Under the pieces are notes generated by a model. It searched no databases and had not been told where the DNA came from. It worked only from the letters and a program-made list of their open reading frames with translations. Shown piece after piece: positions 10,576-19,762 of a stretch of DNA of 64,000 bases. Origin of the DNA: Abditibacteriaceae bacterium (GTDB lineage Bacteria > Armatimonadota > Abditibacteriia > Abditibacteriales > Abditibacteriaceae); NCBI GenBank assembly GCA_965277285.1, contig OZ255721.1, positions 2,368,001-2,432,000 on the forward strand. The letters run 5' to 3'. The stretch's first letter is position 1; the number at the start of each line of letters is the position of its first letter. The translations under genes and the position numbers were made by a program.

Positions 10576-10603
10576 GCGCGGCGATAGTAACACTATGTCA
10601 GCT

Positions 10604-11479
10604 TCAATTGATAGGCTTCTTCTCGCCTGAAAGTTCTTTGAAGTAGGCGCGCAGGGTGAGTGGTTCGCGGTTCAAAATGGCGCGTAACGTAAGCGCGTTT
10701 CCTAATAGGCCGTGATTGTCATACCACTGAAACATCCGCATCATGGGCGAGGGTTGCCCATCGGGGCCCGAAGCACCCGCAACCTTACTTGGGTCGATGT
10801 CGCCCGCCTCGATGTTCATTCCAAGCACCGCCGCCATCATCGCTGCTACGTCGTGCCGGTTGTGGTTGCCTTCGGCGCAAAGCTCATACGTCCCGTAGTT
10901 CAGCCTGTCCTCGGTCAAAGCAATGGCGGCGACTTCGGCCACGTCGCGGTAGTCAACTCGGCTAAAGCGGGTTTGCGCTGACCAAGGCTCGGCATAAACA
11001 CCTGTTTGCATCACCTTGTCCCAGCCCTCTGCGTAGTTTTGGAAGAACATCGCCGGATGCAACAGAGCATATTCCATCCCGGACTCGATAATCGCCTCTT
11101 CGACTGGCGCCTTGTCCTTATGGTTTACGAGCGCACTGATGACGGGATGAATGACCGACGAAAACACGAAGCGGCGCACACCCACTTTTTTTGCCGCATC
11201 AACCATGGACTGACCGACCTCAGCCTCACCGGGCAGAAAAGCGGGCGCGATGTAAAAAACCGCATCCACGTCTTTGAGCGCCGCGTCCAAACTCGCTCGG
11301 TCGCTCAGGTCACCGACAGCGACTTCCGAGGCACCGTGTTTACGCACTTCCTCGCCCTGCTTTGCATCTCGAATCAGGCCGCGAACGTTCGCGCCGCGTT
11401 TGGCAAGTTCGGGCACAACAAGACCGGCGAATTTGCCTGCGGCACCAACAGCGAGAATTGTAGAATTTGTGGTGGGCAT
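10604..11479 (-). CDS. NmrA-like NAD(P)-binding protein
   Basis: ILAVGAAGKFAG, GDLSD, GVRRFVFSS, VDYRDVAEVAA motifs. Confidence 0.9.
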   Translation of the reverse strand: MPTTNSTILAVGAAGKFAGLVVPELAKRGANVRGLIRDAKQGEEVRKHGASEVAVGDLSDRASLDAALKDVDAVFYIAPAFLPGEAEVGQSMVDAAKKVGVRRFVFSSVIHPVISALVNHKDKAPVEEAIIESGMEYALLHPAMFFQNYAEGWDKVMQTGVYAEPWSAQTRFSRVDYRDVAEVAAIALTEDRLNYGTYELCAEGNHNRHDVAAMMAAVLGMNIEAGDIDPSKVAGASGPDGQPSPMMRMFQWYDNHGLLGNALTLRAILNREPLTLRAYFKELSGEKKPIN

Positions 11480-11537
11480 CAGTTCTATCCTTTGACTTTC
11501 AGATGTTGTCGAGCAATAGCTGAGCCGTCCGAGGGAA

Positions 11538-11837
11538 TTGAAACACTCTAACAGGCAGCACAACCTATTGATGGCCTGGAACGCAGGAGGAGTTATGGAT
11601 TTACCAATCGGAGCCGCTCCTGATAATTACACCCGCACCACGTCACCTCCATCCTATCTCTGGTACACCATCGGGCGTTCCGAGCACTATGCGGCTGTTG
11701 CACGTCATCTGGGCACGATGAACGTGTTGTTCTGTGATGGCCATGTCAAAACTGTTCGATTTGAGAACATATTTGCTACCATAACCATGGCAAACGGTGA
11801 CAAAATCATGACCAATTACACGAACGAAGACGACTAA
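11538..11837 (+). pseudogene. C-terminal H-X9-DG (prepilin-processing-associated, DUF1559-type) domain fragment
   Basis: ARHLGTMNVLFCDGHVK; no N-terminal prepilin segment upstream. Confidence 0.65.
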
Positions 11838-12208
11838 AACCGTGAATTCAGCTTGAGCAGCGGGTGAATTCAAACGTTGTGCTGAGACTTTGCCTTATTT
11901 TCCATATGTTGCTCTTTCGCGCACCACACGAAAAGAGAAGGCTTCCTCTAACAAACAAAACCGCGCCTGAATCGAGTACTCGATGGGCGCTGTTTTGCGC
12001 GTGAAGTTGAGACGATCCGGCGTTGGTTCTTTGTATAGCTTGCATTCTCTTCGGGATCGCTGTAACTCTCATCGAGTACTTGGCAGAGATGCAAGCGCAG
12101 ATTGTAAGCGGTCGGGTGCTGTGCTGATTAGATCGGCTGTGATTTCGTCCATTTCAGCATAGCCGAAGCTAACCTCACAAGGGCCGCTCACAAGGGCCGG
12201 ACAACATT

Positions 12209-12637
12209 TCAGCCATTTCTAAAAGCGGCGGCAAATTCCTCTACAAAATCTTCTATCTTTACCTTTCCCATCACGGTCGGCTTGTGTTGAAGATAACCCT
12301 CGCGCATGATGCCGCTGTGAATGGCGGCATTCAACTCGACAATGCCGTCGATAAGTTGCGCTGGAATGCCGTGCTGCTGCGCGTTGTCTCGCATTTGCTC
12401 ATCGGTTAAGAGTTCCCACTTCAAGTCCGGCTTGCCGATGGCAGCGCCTAAAACGCGAGCGACTTCGTCGGCTGTGCGCTCGTCGCTTGCCACGTAGCGC
12501 ACGTTCTTCCCGGTCGCCGGTGTTTGTAATTCTTCCGCAGCGGCGGCGGCAATATCTTTCGGGTCAACCATGACAAGCACGTCGCTACCGCCATAGTTTG
12601 CAGCGATAAAGCCCGCGTTCTTTATCATCTCGGTCAT
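12209..12637 (-). pseudogene. C-terminal half of an NmrA-like protein
   Basis: MVDPKDIAAAAAEEL...VARVLGAAIGKPDLKW; Rossmann N-terminus missing. Confidence 0.7.
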
Positions 12638-12651
12638 AAGGTGAACAAGCT

Positions 12652-13173
12652 GTGGATAACTTCACGAAAAGCGAACACAAAACTCCAAAAAATACACTGA
12701 CGAGTTCGGTTTTTTGTCACAATGGTCGAAAAATCGAACACCGGAACGTCGATAAACCGAACAGGACAAAAGAAACTCTTACAAAAACAACTGAGACAAA
12801 AGAAAGCGGGACAACAAGGGTTTTCTTTCTAATCGATGAATCCAGGGACTCGGCGCACTCACTCAATTCTCTTTTCAATATGGACAAGATCTGGGATCAA
12901 GCGAATCTCCATCAATTGCCGATTCGGATGCAGCAGTTCATTGCGTTTTACATCCAGCGATATGCCCGGCATTTCCCCAACTCGGCTGTACCGGTCATCT
13001 TCAGTTCGGCTTTGAAGCGTTTGAACGGTGTGCTGGCAAACTACTCCAAGAGCGAACTTGAGGAATTATTAGATCGGTTTTTTATCTGTGAGTTGCCCAA
13101 TGTCAAGCAGCAGTGGTATTCGCTCGAAGCCTTCGTCCACAACGTCGATGTTTTGGAGGAAACAGAATTATGA
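12652..13173 (+). CDS. Hypothetical protein, possibly the 5'-truncated C-terminus of a mobile-element replication protein
   Basis: 173-aa ORF: Lys/Thr-rich linker then helical domain LEELLDRFF...WYSLEAF; abuts the truncated NmrA gene. Confidence 0.4.
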   Translation: MDNFTKSEHKTPKNTLTSSVFCHNGRKIEHRNVDKPNRTKETLTKTTETKESGTTRVFFLIDESRDSAHSLNSLFNMDKIWDQANLHQLPIRMQQFIAFYIQRYARHFPNSAVPVIFSSALKRLNGVLANYSKSELEELLDRFFICELPNVKQQWYSLEAFVHNVDVLEETEL

Positions 13174-13183
13174 GCAGACAGGA

Positions 13184-13483
13184 TCACGAGGAACCCTCGA
13201 TCTTACGTTCGGCCCAACGCTTTTTCTGCGCGGCGGCAATGGTGGCTTTCTGCTTTTCGGTCATTGGTCGACCTGCGGGACGGCCAACCTGAGCCTGTGG
13301 TTTCCACGACTTGAGCACCTTACGCGCGATGCCGATGTGCCCTAAGATACGCACGCCTTGCAATCGGCCATCGCTCAACGCATTGTAAATCGCCGTGCGC
13401 GATACGCCTTTGGGCTTGACCGCCTGTGCCGGGGTCACGATGTCGTTATCGGCTCTCTGAGATTTGCCTTGTTCTGCTTTCAT
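13184..13483 (-). CDS. Small basic HTH DNA-binding protein (excisionase-like)
   Basis: IVTPAQA...GVSRTAIYNALSDGRL winged-HTH pattern with basic tail; divergent from recombinase 1. Confidence 0.65.
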   Translation of the reverse strand: MKAEQGKSQRADNDIVTPAQAVKPKGVSRTAIYNALSDGRLQGVRILGHIGIARKVLKSWKPQAQVGRPAGRPMTEKQKATIAAAQKKRWAERKIEGSS

Positions 13484-13591
13484 GGAATCTGCTGGTTACG
13501 GTTGATTGGAGTGGTGGAAAAGCTGGTGGTGCGCGACATCGTTGGAATGAAATCCACGTTCCGGTCTTTGACAACCATCATAGCACATCGT

Positions 13592-13630
13592 TACTTAATA
13601 CTTGACAATCTTACATATTAAGTATATTGT
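13592..13630 (+). promoter_or_regulatory. Sigma70-type promoter with overlapping inverted repeat upstream of recombinase 1
   Basis: TTGACA (13602-13607)-N17-TATTGT; IR TACTTAATA 13592-13600 / TATTAAGTA 13616-13624. Confidence 0.6.
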
Positions 13631-13708
13631 GACGATGAACTATCACTAACAACTCGCCATGAGTTCAAGCCCACCCTCAAAACAATTCACCCGTCTTCCG
13701 TCCCGATT

Positions 13709-14794
13709 GTGCAATCATCTTTTTCCACAACGGATTTTGCTGACCGAACGGAATATCGTCACCCGACTTCATCGAGTTTAAGCATCGCCGTATCGAGTTC
13801 AAGCATCGCCGTTTCTGAACTTCGAGGTTGGGTCGAAGAGTTTCTTTACGACGGCGAGTTGCGTTTGCAATCGCCACGCACACTGGAAACGCGGCGCGTC
13901 TTTTTGAAGAATTTCCTTTGGTTTCTCGATCACAACGAGTACTCGATATGCGGCCTGAGCGAACTGCGTCAGTTCTTCCACTATCTTAGTCACGGCCACG
14001 AAGAAGCCGGTGGACGGTTCGGCAATCCCAATCTGAAACGAGCTGCCCGCCCGGTCACGGTCTTGGACTATTACGTCTGCCTCCGCTCGCTCTTCGACTG
14101 GATGGTCACGCAAAAGATCATCGCCGCGACGCCCTTTACGCGCATCGCCAAGCCGCAGGTGCGCGAAGAAGTGAAAACGCCACTGTCTGTATCGCAGTTC
14201 GAGTCGCTGCTGGAAGCCGCTGGCAAGTCGCCCGCACCAGCGCGCAACCGAGCAATTTTAGCTCTCTTGCTTGATACCGGCTGCCGCGCCAGCGAACTGG
14301 TCGGATTACGAGAAAAGGACGTGGACATAAGCGGTGGCCGTTGCCGCGTGCTGGGCAAAGGAAACAAATACCGCACTCTTTTCTTCGGCAGCCGCACCGC
14401 CGCGTTCTTGCAGGCATATTGCGATGAGATGAACGAAGTCGAATTGAGCGAAAACGAGCCAGACGCCAGTCACTCAAGGAGCAGTGAATCATCTGCAACA
14501 TCGTTTTTCCGTTCGACGAGGGATGGTCAACCCCTCACACGATCGGGCTTGCTCCACTTGCTCAAACGGCTCGGCAAAAGGGCGGGGTTCAAGGACGAAG
14601 TTTGCGTCCACGCCTTGCGCCGCTCCTTCGCAGTGCAGATGCTGAGGAACGGCGCCAACGTGTTCAGCGTGCAGGCGATGCTCGGCCACACCAACTTACA
14701 GATGACACGCAAATACTGCGCGATGGCATTGACCGACGCCGAAGCCCAACATCGACAGTTCAGCCCGATGGACCGTTTACCCCAAGATAGCTGA
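13709..14794 (+). CDS. Tyrosine recombinase/integrase 1
   Basis: Catalytic set TGCRASE, GKGNK, HALRR, LGH, RKY. Confidence 0.93.
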   Translation: MQSSFSTTDFADRTEYRHPTSSSLSIAVSSSSIAVSELRGWVEEFLYDGELRLQSPRTLETRRVFLKNFLWFLDHNEYSICGLSELRQFFHYLSHGHEEAGGRFGNPNLKRAARPVTVLDYYVCLRSLFDWMVTQKIIAATPFTRIAKPQVREEVKTPLSVSQFESLLEAAGKSPAPARNRAILALLLDTGCRASELVGLREKDVDISGGRCRVLGKGNKYRTLFFGSRTAAFLQAYCDEMNEVELSENEPDASHSRSSESSATSFFRSTRDGQPLTRSGLLHLLKRLGKRAGFKDEVCVHALRRSFAVQMLRNGANVFSVQAMLGHTNLQMTRKYCAMALTDAEAQHRQFSPMDRLPQDS

Positions 14795-14953
14795 TTTCAA
14801 GACCATCCATTGGGAATATTAGGAAAAACATCGAGTACTCGATTTGAGATAAATGATTGGATGAACGTTCACGCTTGATCGCGGAGCCTCTTGAGTCGAA
14901 AAACGCCGGATGGCCGTATAGATTGCGGTCATCCGGCGTTTAGATCCTCAACG

Positions 14954-16045
14954 TCAGTCGTTCTTCACCGTCCTTGCTTTTTGCGCCGCCAACGCATCCA
15001 CCGGCGAGCATTTGCGATACTGATTCTCCAAATCGGACTTGCTCAGCTTCAAATAGGTCTGGCAAACGGTCAGGCTGCTGTGCCCCATCAAGCTCATCAG
15101 GCTGTAAACGTCGCAGCCGTTCCGCAAAAGCTGGATGGCGGCGCTATGGCGAAAGACGTGCGGGCTGACTTTCATCGCTTTGATACCCGCCACTTTACCC
15201 AATCGCTCGATCAGTTGCAGCAACCCGGAACGGGTCAACGCCTCACCATTGCGGGTTCCCGCTACGGAAAGAAAAACAGGATCGTTCGTTTCTCGTTTCG
15301 GCTGACGCAAGTAATTCGACAACACTTTGCCGGTCTCGCGCGAAAAGTAGACCAGACGATGCTTGTTGCCCTTGCCCAAAACACGGGCATGACGACTATT
15401 CAGATCGAGGTCGTCGATCTGCAAATTACACAATTCCGAGGCCCGCACGCCCGTGTCGTACAGAAACAACACGATGGCTTCGTCGCGCTTGGGGCAGGGC
15501 GACGACCGCGCCGCTTTGAGCAGGGATTCGATCTGTTCCTGGCTGAATGGCTGCACCTGCTCGGAACGGACTTTGGGTTTGGAGATTTTCTCCAATGGCG
15601 AAACTTCGAGTACGCCATCTTCCACCAACCAATTGAAGAGGCATCGCAGATTGATGTAGTAATCTTTGACGGTAATCGGACGCACGGCTTTGGTCAGGTT
15701 CGCTTTGCCCCAGCGTCCCCCGACTTCGCTGTGACCATGCTGCAAGTAGTGGAAAAACTGGCGCAGTTCACCCACTGCGCAGTTTGAAAAATCGCGGTCG
15801 TTCAAAAACCAGAGCAGGTTTTGAATGAAGATGCGGCGGGTTTCGATGGTGCGCGGCGACTGCATCCGGTAATCGCAGTCGCGCAGATAGTCGTTGGCGA
15901 ATCGCGCCAAATCGACGGTGGAAAGACCTGCAATAGAGTGATTGCGTGGCGAATGTGCGGGCGAAGCGGCCAGCGACTTCGCGGAGTCAAGCTCTGTTAC
16001 GGGCGGGGTGGAAAGAGTGAAGTTAAGCGCTGTCTCCGACATCAT
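14954..16045 (-). CDS. Tyrosine recombinase/integrase 2 (paralog of 1)
   Basis: TGVRASE, GKGNK, HVFRH, MGH, QTY; GGAGG RBS; adjacent to tRNA 3' end. Confidence 0.93.
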   Translation of the reverse strand: MMSETALNFTLSTPPVTELDSAKSLAASPAHSPRNHSIAGLSTVDLARFANDYLRDCDYRMQSPRTIETRRIFIQNLLWFLNDRDFSNCAVGELRQFFHYLQHGHSEVGGRWGKANLTKAVRPITVKDYYINLRCLFNWLVEDGVLEVSPLEKISKPKVRSEQVQPFSQEQIESLLKAARSSPCPKRDEAIVLFLYDTGVRASELCNLQIDDLDLNSRHARVLGKGNKHRLVYFSRETGKVLSNYLRQPKRETNDPVFLSVAGTRNGEALTRSGLLQLIERLGKVAGIKAMKVSPHVFRHSAAIQLLRNGCDVYSLMSLMGHSSLTVCQTYLKLSKSDLENQYRKCSPVDALAAQKARTVKND

Positions 16046-16134
16046 GTCCTCCAAAAACGATTTTGGAAGAGCACTTGACTGAGACGTCAAGCGGTCTTTT
16101 CACGCTCAAAACGAGCGAAAAAGAAAGTGAGAGA

Positions 16135-16207
16135 TGGAGCAGAGGGGATTCGAACCCCTGACCTCTTGAGTGCGATTCAAGCGCGCTACCAACTGCGCTA
16201 CAGCCCC
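16135..16207 (-). tRNA. tRNA-Ala(CGC), CCA not encoded
   Basis: GGGGCTGTAGCGCAGTTGGTAGCGCG-CTTGA ATCGCAC TCAAG-AGGTCAGGGGTTCGAATCCCCTCTGCTCCA; G3:U70 alanine identity pair. Confidence 0.95.
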
Positions 16208-16424
16208 GCGTAACAATCCGAAAAGCAAATGAGACGTCCACGTTCTTTCCAAACCGAGCTCTTATTATGACGCAGACTAAAAACTGCGTCAAGGCGCGGC
16301 ATCAAAGCAGAAAACATTTTACCGCACTACCGGGCCATGCCGAAAAATACTTCAGACAAAGCAATGGCCACGACAAAATATGTCGTGGCCATTTTGCGAT
16401 TGCAACGCTACAACTTCGACGAAC

Positions 16425-16952
16425 TTACTTTTTGCCGCCTTTCTTGCCACCTTTCGATGCTTCGGCTTTGCTGGGCACCGCAGTTTTGGCCTCGGGTTTC
16501 GCAGGTGCTACTTTAGCGGAAGTCGCTTTGGCGGGAGCCGTGCCGCTCTTGGCTGCTGTCGCTTTGCTGCCACCTTTAGCGTCCGCCTTGGCAGCACTTT
16601 CTTTCGCGGCACCAGCCTTGGCCTTGCCCACCTTCGCGCCGTCACTTTTCTCACCGCTAATAGCGTCTTTGAACGCTTTGCCGGCGGAGAAACGTACGTT
16701 CTTGCTGGCCTTGATTTGCAAGGCTTCGCCAGTTTTCGGGTTGCGTCCCATGCGCGCGGCGCGCTCGCCGACGCGGAAAGTTCCCAGACCGACCATGCGC
16801 ACTTCGCCGCCACTGCTCAAGGTGCGCTTGAGAGAGTTCTCAAAAGCGCGAATGACCTGCTCGACTTGCGCGTTCGGCATCTGCGTTTCCGCCGCGACTT
16901 CGCCGACGACATCGGCACGACTGAGCGGCGTGCTGCTTTTTGCTGCTGCCAT
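16425..16952 (-). CDS. hup: HU family DNA-binding protein with Lys/Ala-rich histone-like tail
   Basis: VRMVGLGTFRVGERAARMGRNPKTGE...FSAGKAFKDAI followed by AK-rich tail. Confidence 0.92.
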   Translation of the reverse strand: MAAAKSSTPLSRADVVGEVAAETQMPNAQVEQVIRAFENSLKRTLSSGGEVRMVGLGTFRVGERAARMGRNPKTGEALQIKASKNVRFSAGKAFKDAISGEKSDGAKVGKAKAGAAKESAAKADAKGGSKATAAKSGTAPAKATSAKVAPAKPEAKTAVPSKAEASKGGKKGGKK

Positions 16953-17338
16953 AAGTGTTCCCTCCTCAGGGAGAACAGCGCGAGTTTCAACCTTTTCAGG
17001 TAACAACCTTTTATAGGTCTCGACTCTGCGCCGTCAATCGAACGCGATGTCAACAGCAATAGGAGATTCCGCGTTCGTTGCGCCTTTATATAACACGCGC
17101 AACGGCTCTTTGTCTACCTTTTTTGCGAAAAAACCTTTATTTATCAAGGTTTTTCGTGTTTTCTGCTTCGAGTACTCGATTTCGCACTCAAAACCCTTTA
17201 TTCTGCTTGCCCGCACAATAATGCAATGGCGAAGAAACCAAGTGTGACTTGCGCTCTTTTTAATCAGCTTTTATCCTCAAGAACTGATTGGGAGAAGGCA
17301 AAATCACCGCTCGATTCATGGCTCTTTTTTCTTTCATC

Positions 17339-18385
17339 TTACGCTTCGCGGCAACCCTGACGGTTCATCAATTCCTCCACCGCCGTGCGAGGATTGCGTC
17401 CTTCAAACAAAACTGCCGCCACTTGTTCCGTAATGGGAAGTTCGATGTTCGCGTCCTTCGCCAATCGCAAAGCGGCGCGGCACGTATGAACGCCTTCGGC
17501 GACCTGCGCGATTTCGCTTTGCGCGACACGCAACGTTTCGCCTTGCGCCAAATGAAAACCCAGTGCATGATTGCGCGATTTATTGCCAGCGCACGTCGCA
17601 ATCAAGTCGCCCATGCCGCTCAAGCCGAACAACGTGCTTTCCTGCGCACCCAAAGCCATCGCCAAACGCGTCATTTCGCGCCAGGCGCGCGTCATCAAAG
17701 CGGCCTTGGCATTATCGCCAAACCCCAGGCCATCGCCGATGCCCGCCGCAATAGCGACCACGTTTTTCAAGGCGCCGCCCAATTCTACGCCCAGCAAATC
17801 GTCGTTAGTGTAAACGCGGAATGTCTTCGTGTTGAACAACTTTTGCGCAGCGTTCGCAGCGTCTTCATTTTGCGACGCCACCACCGTCGAACTGGGAATG
17901 CCAGCCACAATTTCGCGCGCCAGGTTCGGCCCACTCAAAGCGACCAAACGATGCGCTGCCAAACCACCGTCCCGCGCCCATGTTTGCGACGCACGCAAGC
18001 TGCTCTCGGGATGCAAACCTTTGGTCCCGCTGACAACAACCGCTTGGGGCAACAATCGAGTACTCGATGCGCGTGCAATCTGCGGCAAAGCCGAACACGG
18101 AACCGCTGAAACAACCCAGTTCGCACCGTTCAAAACATCGAGCAAGCTGTTAGTGATTGCAATGTCGCTGAGCGAAATTCCGGGCAGATAGCGCGCGTTT
18201 TCGCCGTCGTTTTGCAAGCGTCGAGCGACTTCGGCATCGCGCGCCCACAAACGCACGCGACAACCTTTCTGACGCAGCAAATGCGCCAGCGCCGTGCCCC
18301 AACTGCCAGCGCCCAAAACCGCAACCGTTTCACTGCTCGCTGCTTGCTCGTCTTCTGCTTGCTCGTTCACGGTTTCATTATTCAT
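17339..18385 (-). CDS. gpsA: NAD(P)H-dependent glycerol-3-phosphate dehydrogenase
   Basis: GAGSWGTALA, LSGPNLA, GVELGGALKN, GDLIATC, SRN, AEGV. Confidence 0.97.
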   Translation of the reverse strand: MNNETVNEQAEDEQAASSETVAVLGAGSWGTALAHLLRQKGCRVRLWARDAEVARRLQNDGENARYLPGISLSDIAITNSLLDVLNGANWVVSAVPCSALPQIARASSTRLLPQAVVVSGTKGLHPESSLRASQTWARDGGLAAHRLVALSGPNLAREIVAGIPSSTVVASQNEDAANAAQKLFNTKTFRVYTNDDLLGVELGGALKNVVAIAAGIGDGLGFGDNAKAALMTRAWREMTRLAMALGAQESTLFGLSGMGDLIATCAGNKSRNHALGFHLAQGETLRVAQSEIAQVAEGVHTCRAALRLAKDANIELPITEQVAAVLFEGRNPRTAVEELMNRQGCREA

Positions 18386-19029
18386 GTTTTCGTCACCGCC
18401 GAAGTTGAAGCGTCTTCGCTTTGGGTTCGAGTACTCGATGTCGCTTTTGGCTGCCCAATTTTCGGCTCAATTCCGGCCTTCAAACGCTTCATGTTCGGAA
18501 TGTGCTTGACCAAACCGACAACGCAAAACAGTGTAATAACGGCGTTGGTTAAAGCGGGTTGATGCGTCAAAATTGCGCCCACAGGAGCGGCAATACAAAC
18601 CGCAATCGACGCGACGGAAATGGTGCACGACAGCCACAAAACCAAGCCCCACAAGGCGAAACAACCAATAGCGACAACGGGAATCAGGCCCAGCATCGCG
18701 CCAAACGCTGTTGCCACACCTTTACCGCCTTTGAACTTCAAGAAAACCGAAAACGTATGTCCCAAGACGACAACCAGAGCGCATAAAGCAACAGCGTTTG
18801 CATCGTGAGGAACTAAGGCTTTGGCGAGGAACGTGGCGGCGAGACCTTTCAACACATCGAGTGCGAAGACCAGCGCGCCCATTTTCGGGCCGAGTGCGCG
18901 CCAGACATTGGTCGTGCCGATGTTGCCCGACCCGACGCGTTGCACATCAACGCCACAGGCGCGCCCAACCAATACGCCAAAGGGAATCGCGCCACAAAAA
19001 TACGAAAGAAGAAGAGCGAGTGGAAGCAT
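18382..19029 (-). CDS. plsY: Glycerol-3-phosphate acyltransferase
   Basis: GSGNIGTTN, DVLKG, GH...FKGGKGVAT, KH..N..R motifs. Confidence 0.96.
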   Translation of the reverse strand: MLPLALLLSYFCGAIPFGVLVGRACGVDVQRVGSGNIGTTNVWRALGPKMGALVFALDVLKGLAATFLAKALVPHDANAVALCALVVVLGHTFSVFLKFKGGKGVATAFGAMLGLIPVVAIGCFALWGLVLWLSCTISVASIAVCIAAPVGAILTHQPALTNAVITLFCVVGLVKHIPNMKRLKAGIEPKIGQPKATSSTRTQSEDASTSAVTKT

Positions 19030-19082
19030 GGATTTATCAGCCCGCGAAACACCGCAAAACTTTGGGAATCGAGTACTCGAAC

Positions 19083-19736
19083 TTAGTCTTCATCACCATA
19101 AATCGAATGACAAAAGTTGAACCATTCGGTGTCAGCATTTTCCACACCGGCCTTGTAGGAAACAGCGTTTTCAAAGCCGCCGCCTTCATCCAAGTAATAA
19201 TAACGAAACTTTAATTCAGGAAACTGACGAGACAGTTCAGCGATGACAGGAATGGCTGGCGTCCAGCGCGTTTCAAAATAGCATTCGTAAACATCTTGCG
19301 ATTCTTCAATGCGCTGATACTCATATGCCTCGTTCGTTCCCCATGTCCCACGCTGCCAAGCGTATTCCGTATAAAATCCGGTCGCTTCAAAACACGCCAA
19401 ACACTTTTGCGCATGAGAAATAGCGTCAGGATAAAGTTTTCGAGCAACGAAGTTAAGGCGTTCCATCGTGTACGATTCGCCCAATTGATCCCGCAATATC
19501 CGATGATTTTTAACATCATCGAGGTATGTTTCGGGTTTCAGCAAAGCCAATCCTAACGCCATATTTTCGCTCCGCTCGAAGTTAGTAGGAATTGTTTCCT
19601 GCGCTACTTCAGGAATCGGAATGACGCGCTCAAAGTCGAAATAAAACTCGCCTTCACTCTCGTATTCGATGAATTCGCAAACTTTATCTGCGCCGCTGCC
19701 CTCGACACGCAGCCGATTTGTCGTGTTGTTCGCCAT
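19083..19736 (-). CDS. DUF1281/YubB ferredoxin-like domain protein
   Basis: MANNTTNRL, FDFERVIPIP, W...WGT, YFETRWTP.IPVI..LS.QFP pattern. Confidence 0.7.
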   Translation of the reverse strand: MANNTTNRLRVEGSGADKVCEFIEYESEGEFYFDFERVIPIPEVAQETIPTNFERSENMALGLALLKPETYLDDVKNHRILRDQLGESYTMERLNFVARKLYPDAISHAQKCLACFEATGFYTEYAWQRGTWGTNEAYEYQRIEESQDVYECYFETRWTPAIPVIAELSRQFPELKFRYYYLDEGGGFENAVSYKAGVENADTEWFNFCHSIYGDED

Positions 19737-19762
19737 GACTTTTTCACAATCGAGTACTCGAT

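Noticed and set aside
11508..11544. 37-nt segment GTCGAGCAATAGCTGAGCCGTCCGAGGGAATTGAAAC ending like a CRISPR repeat
   Set aside because: Only one copy, no spacers and no cas genes in the window; it could equally be a degenerate IS right end (TTGAAACAC)
12651..12659. Perfect DnaA box (TGTGGATAA)
   Set aside because: Single occurrence without clustering or an AT-rich unwinding element; not evidence for an origin
13709..16045. Calling the recombinases xerC/xerD
   Set aside because: Island context next to a tRNA, an unusual shared N-terminal insert and no dif-like site seen; housekeeping identity unsupported
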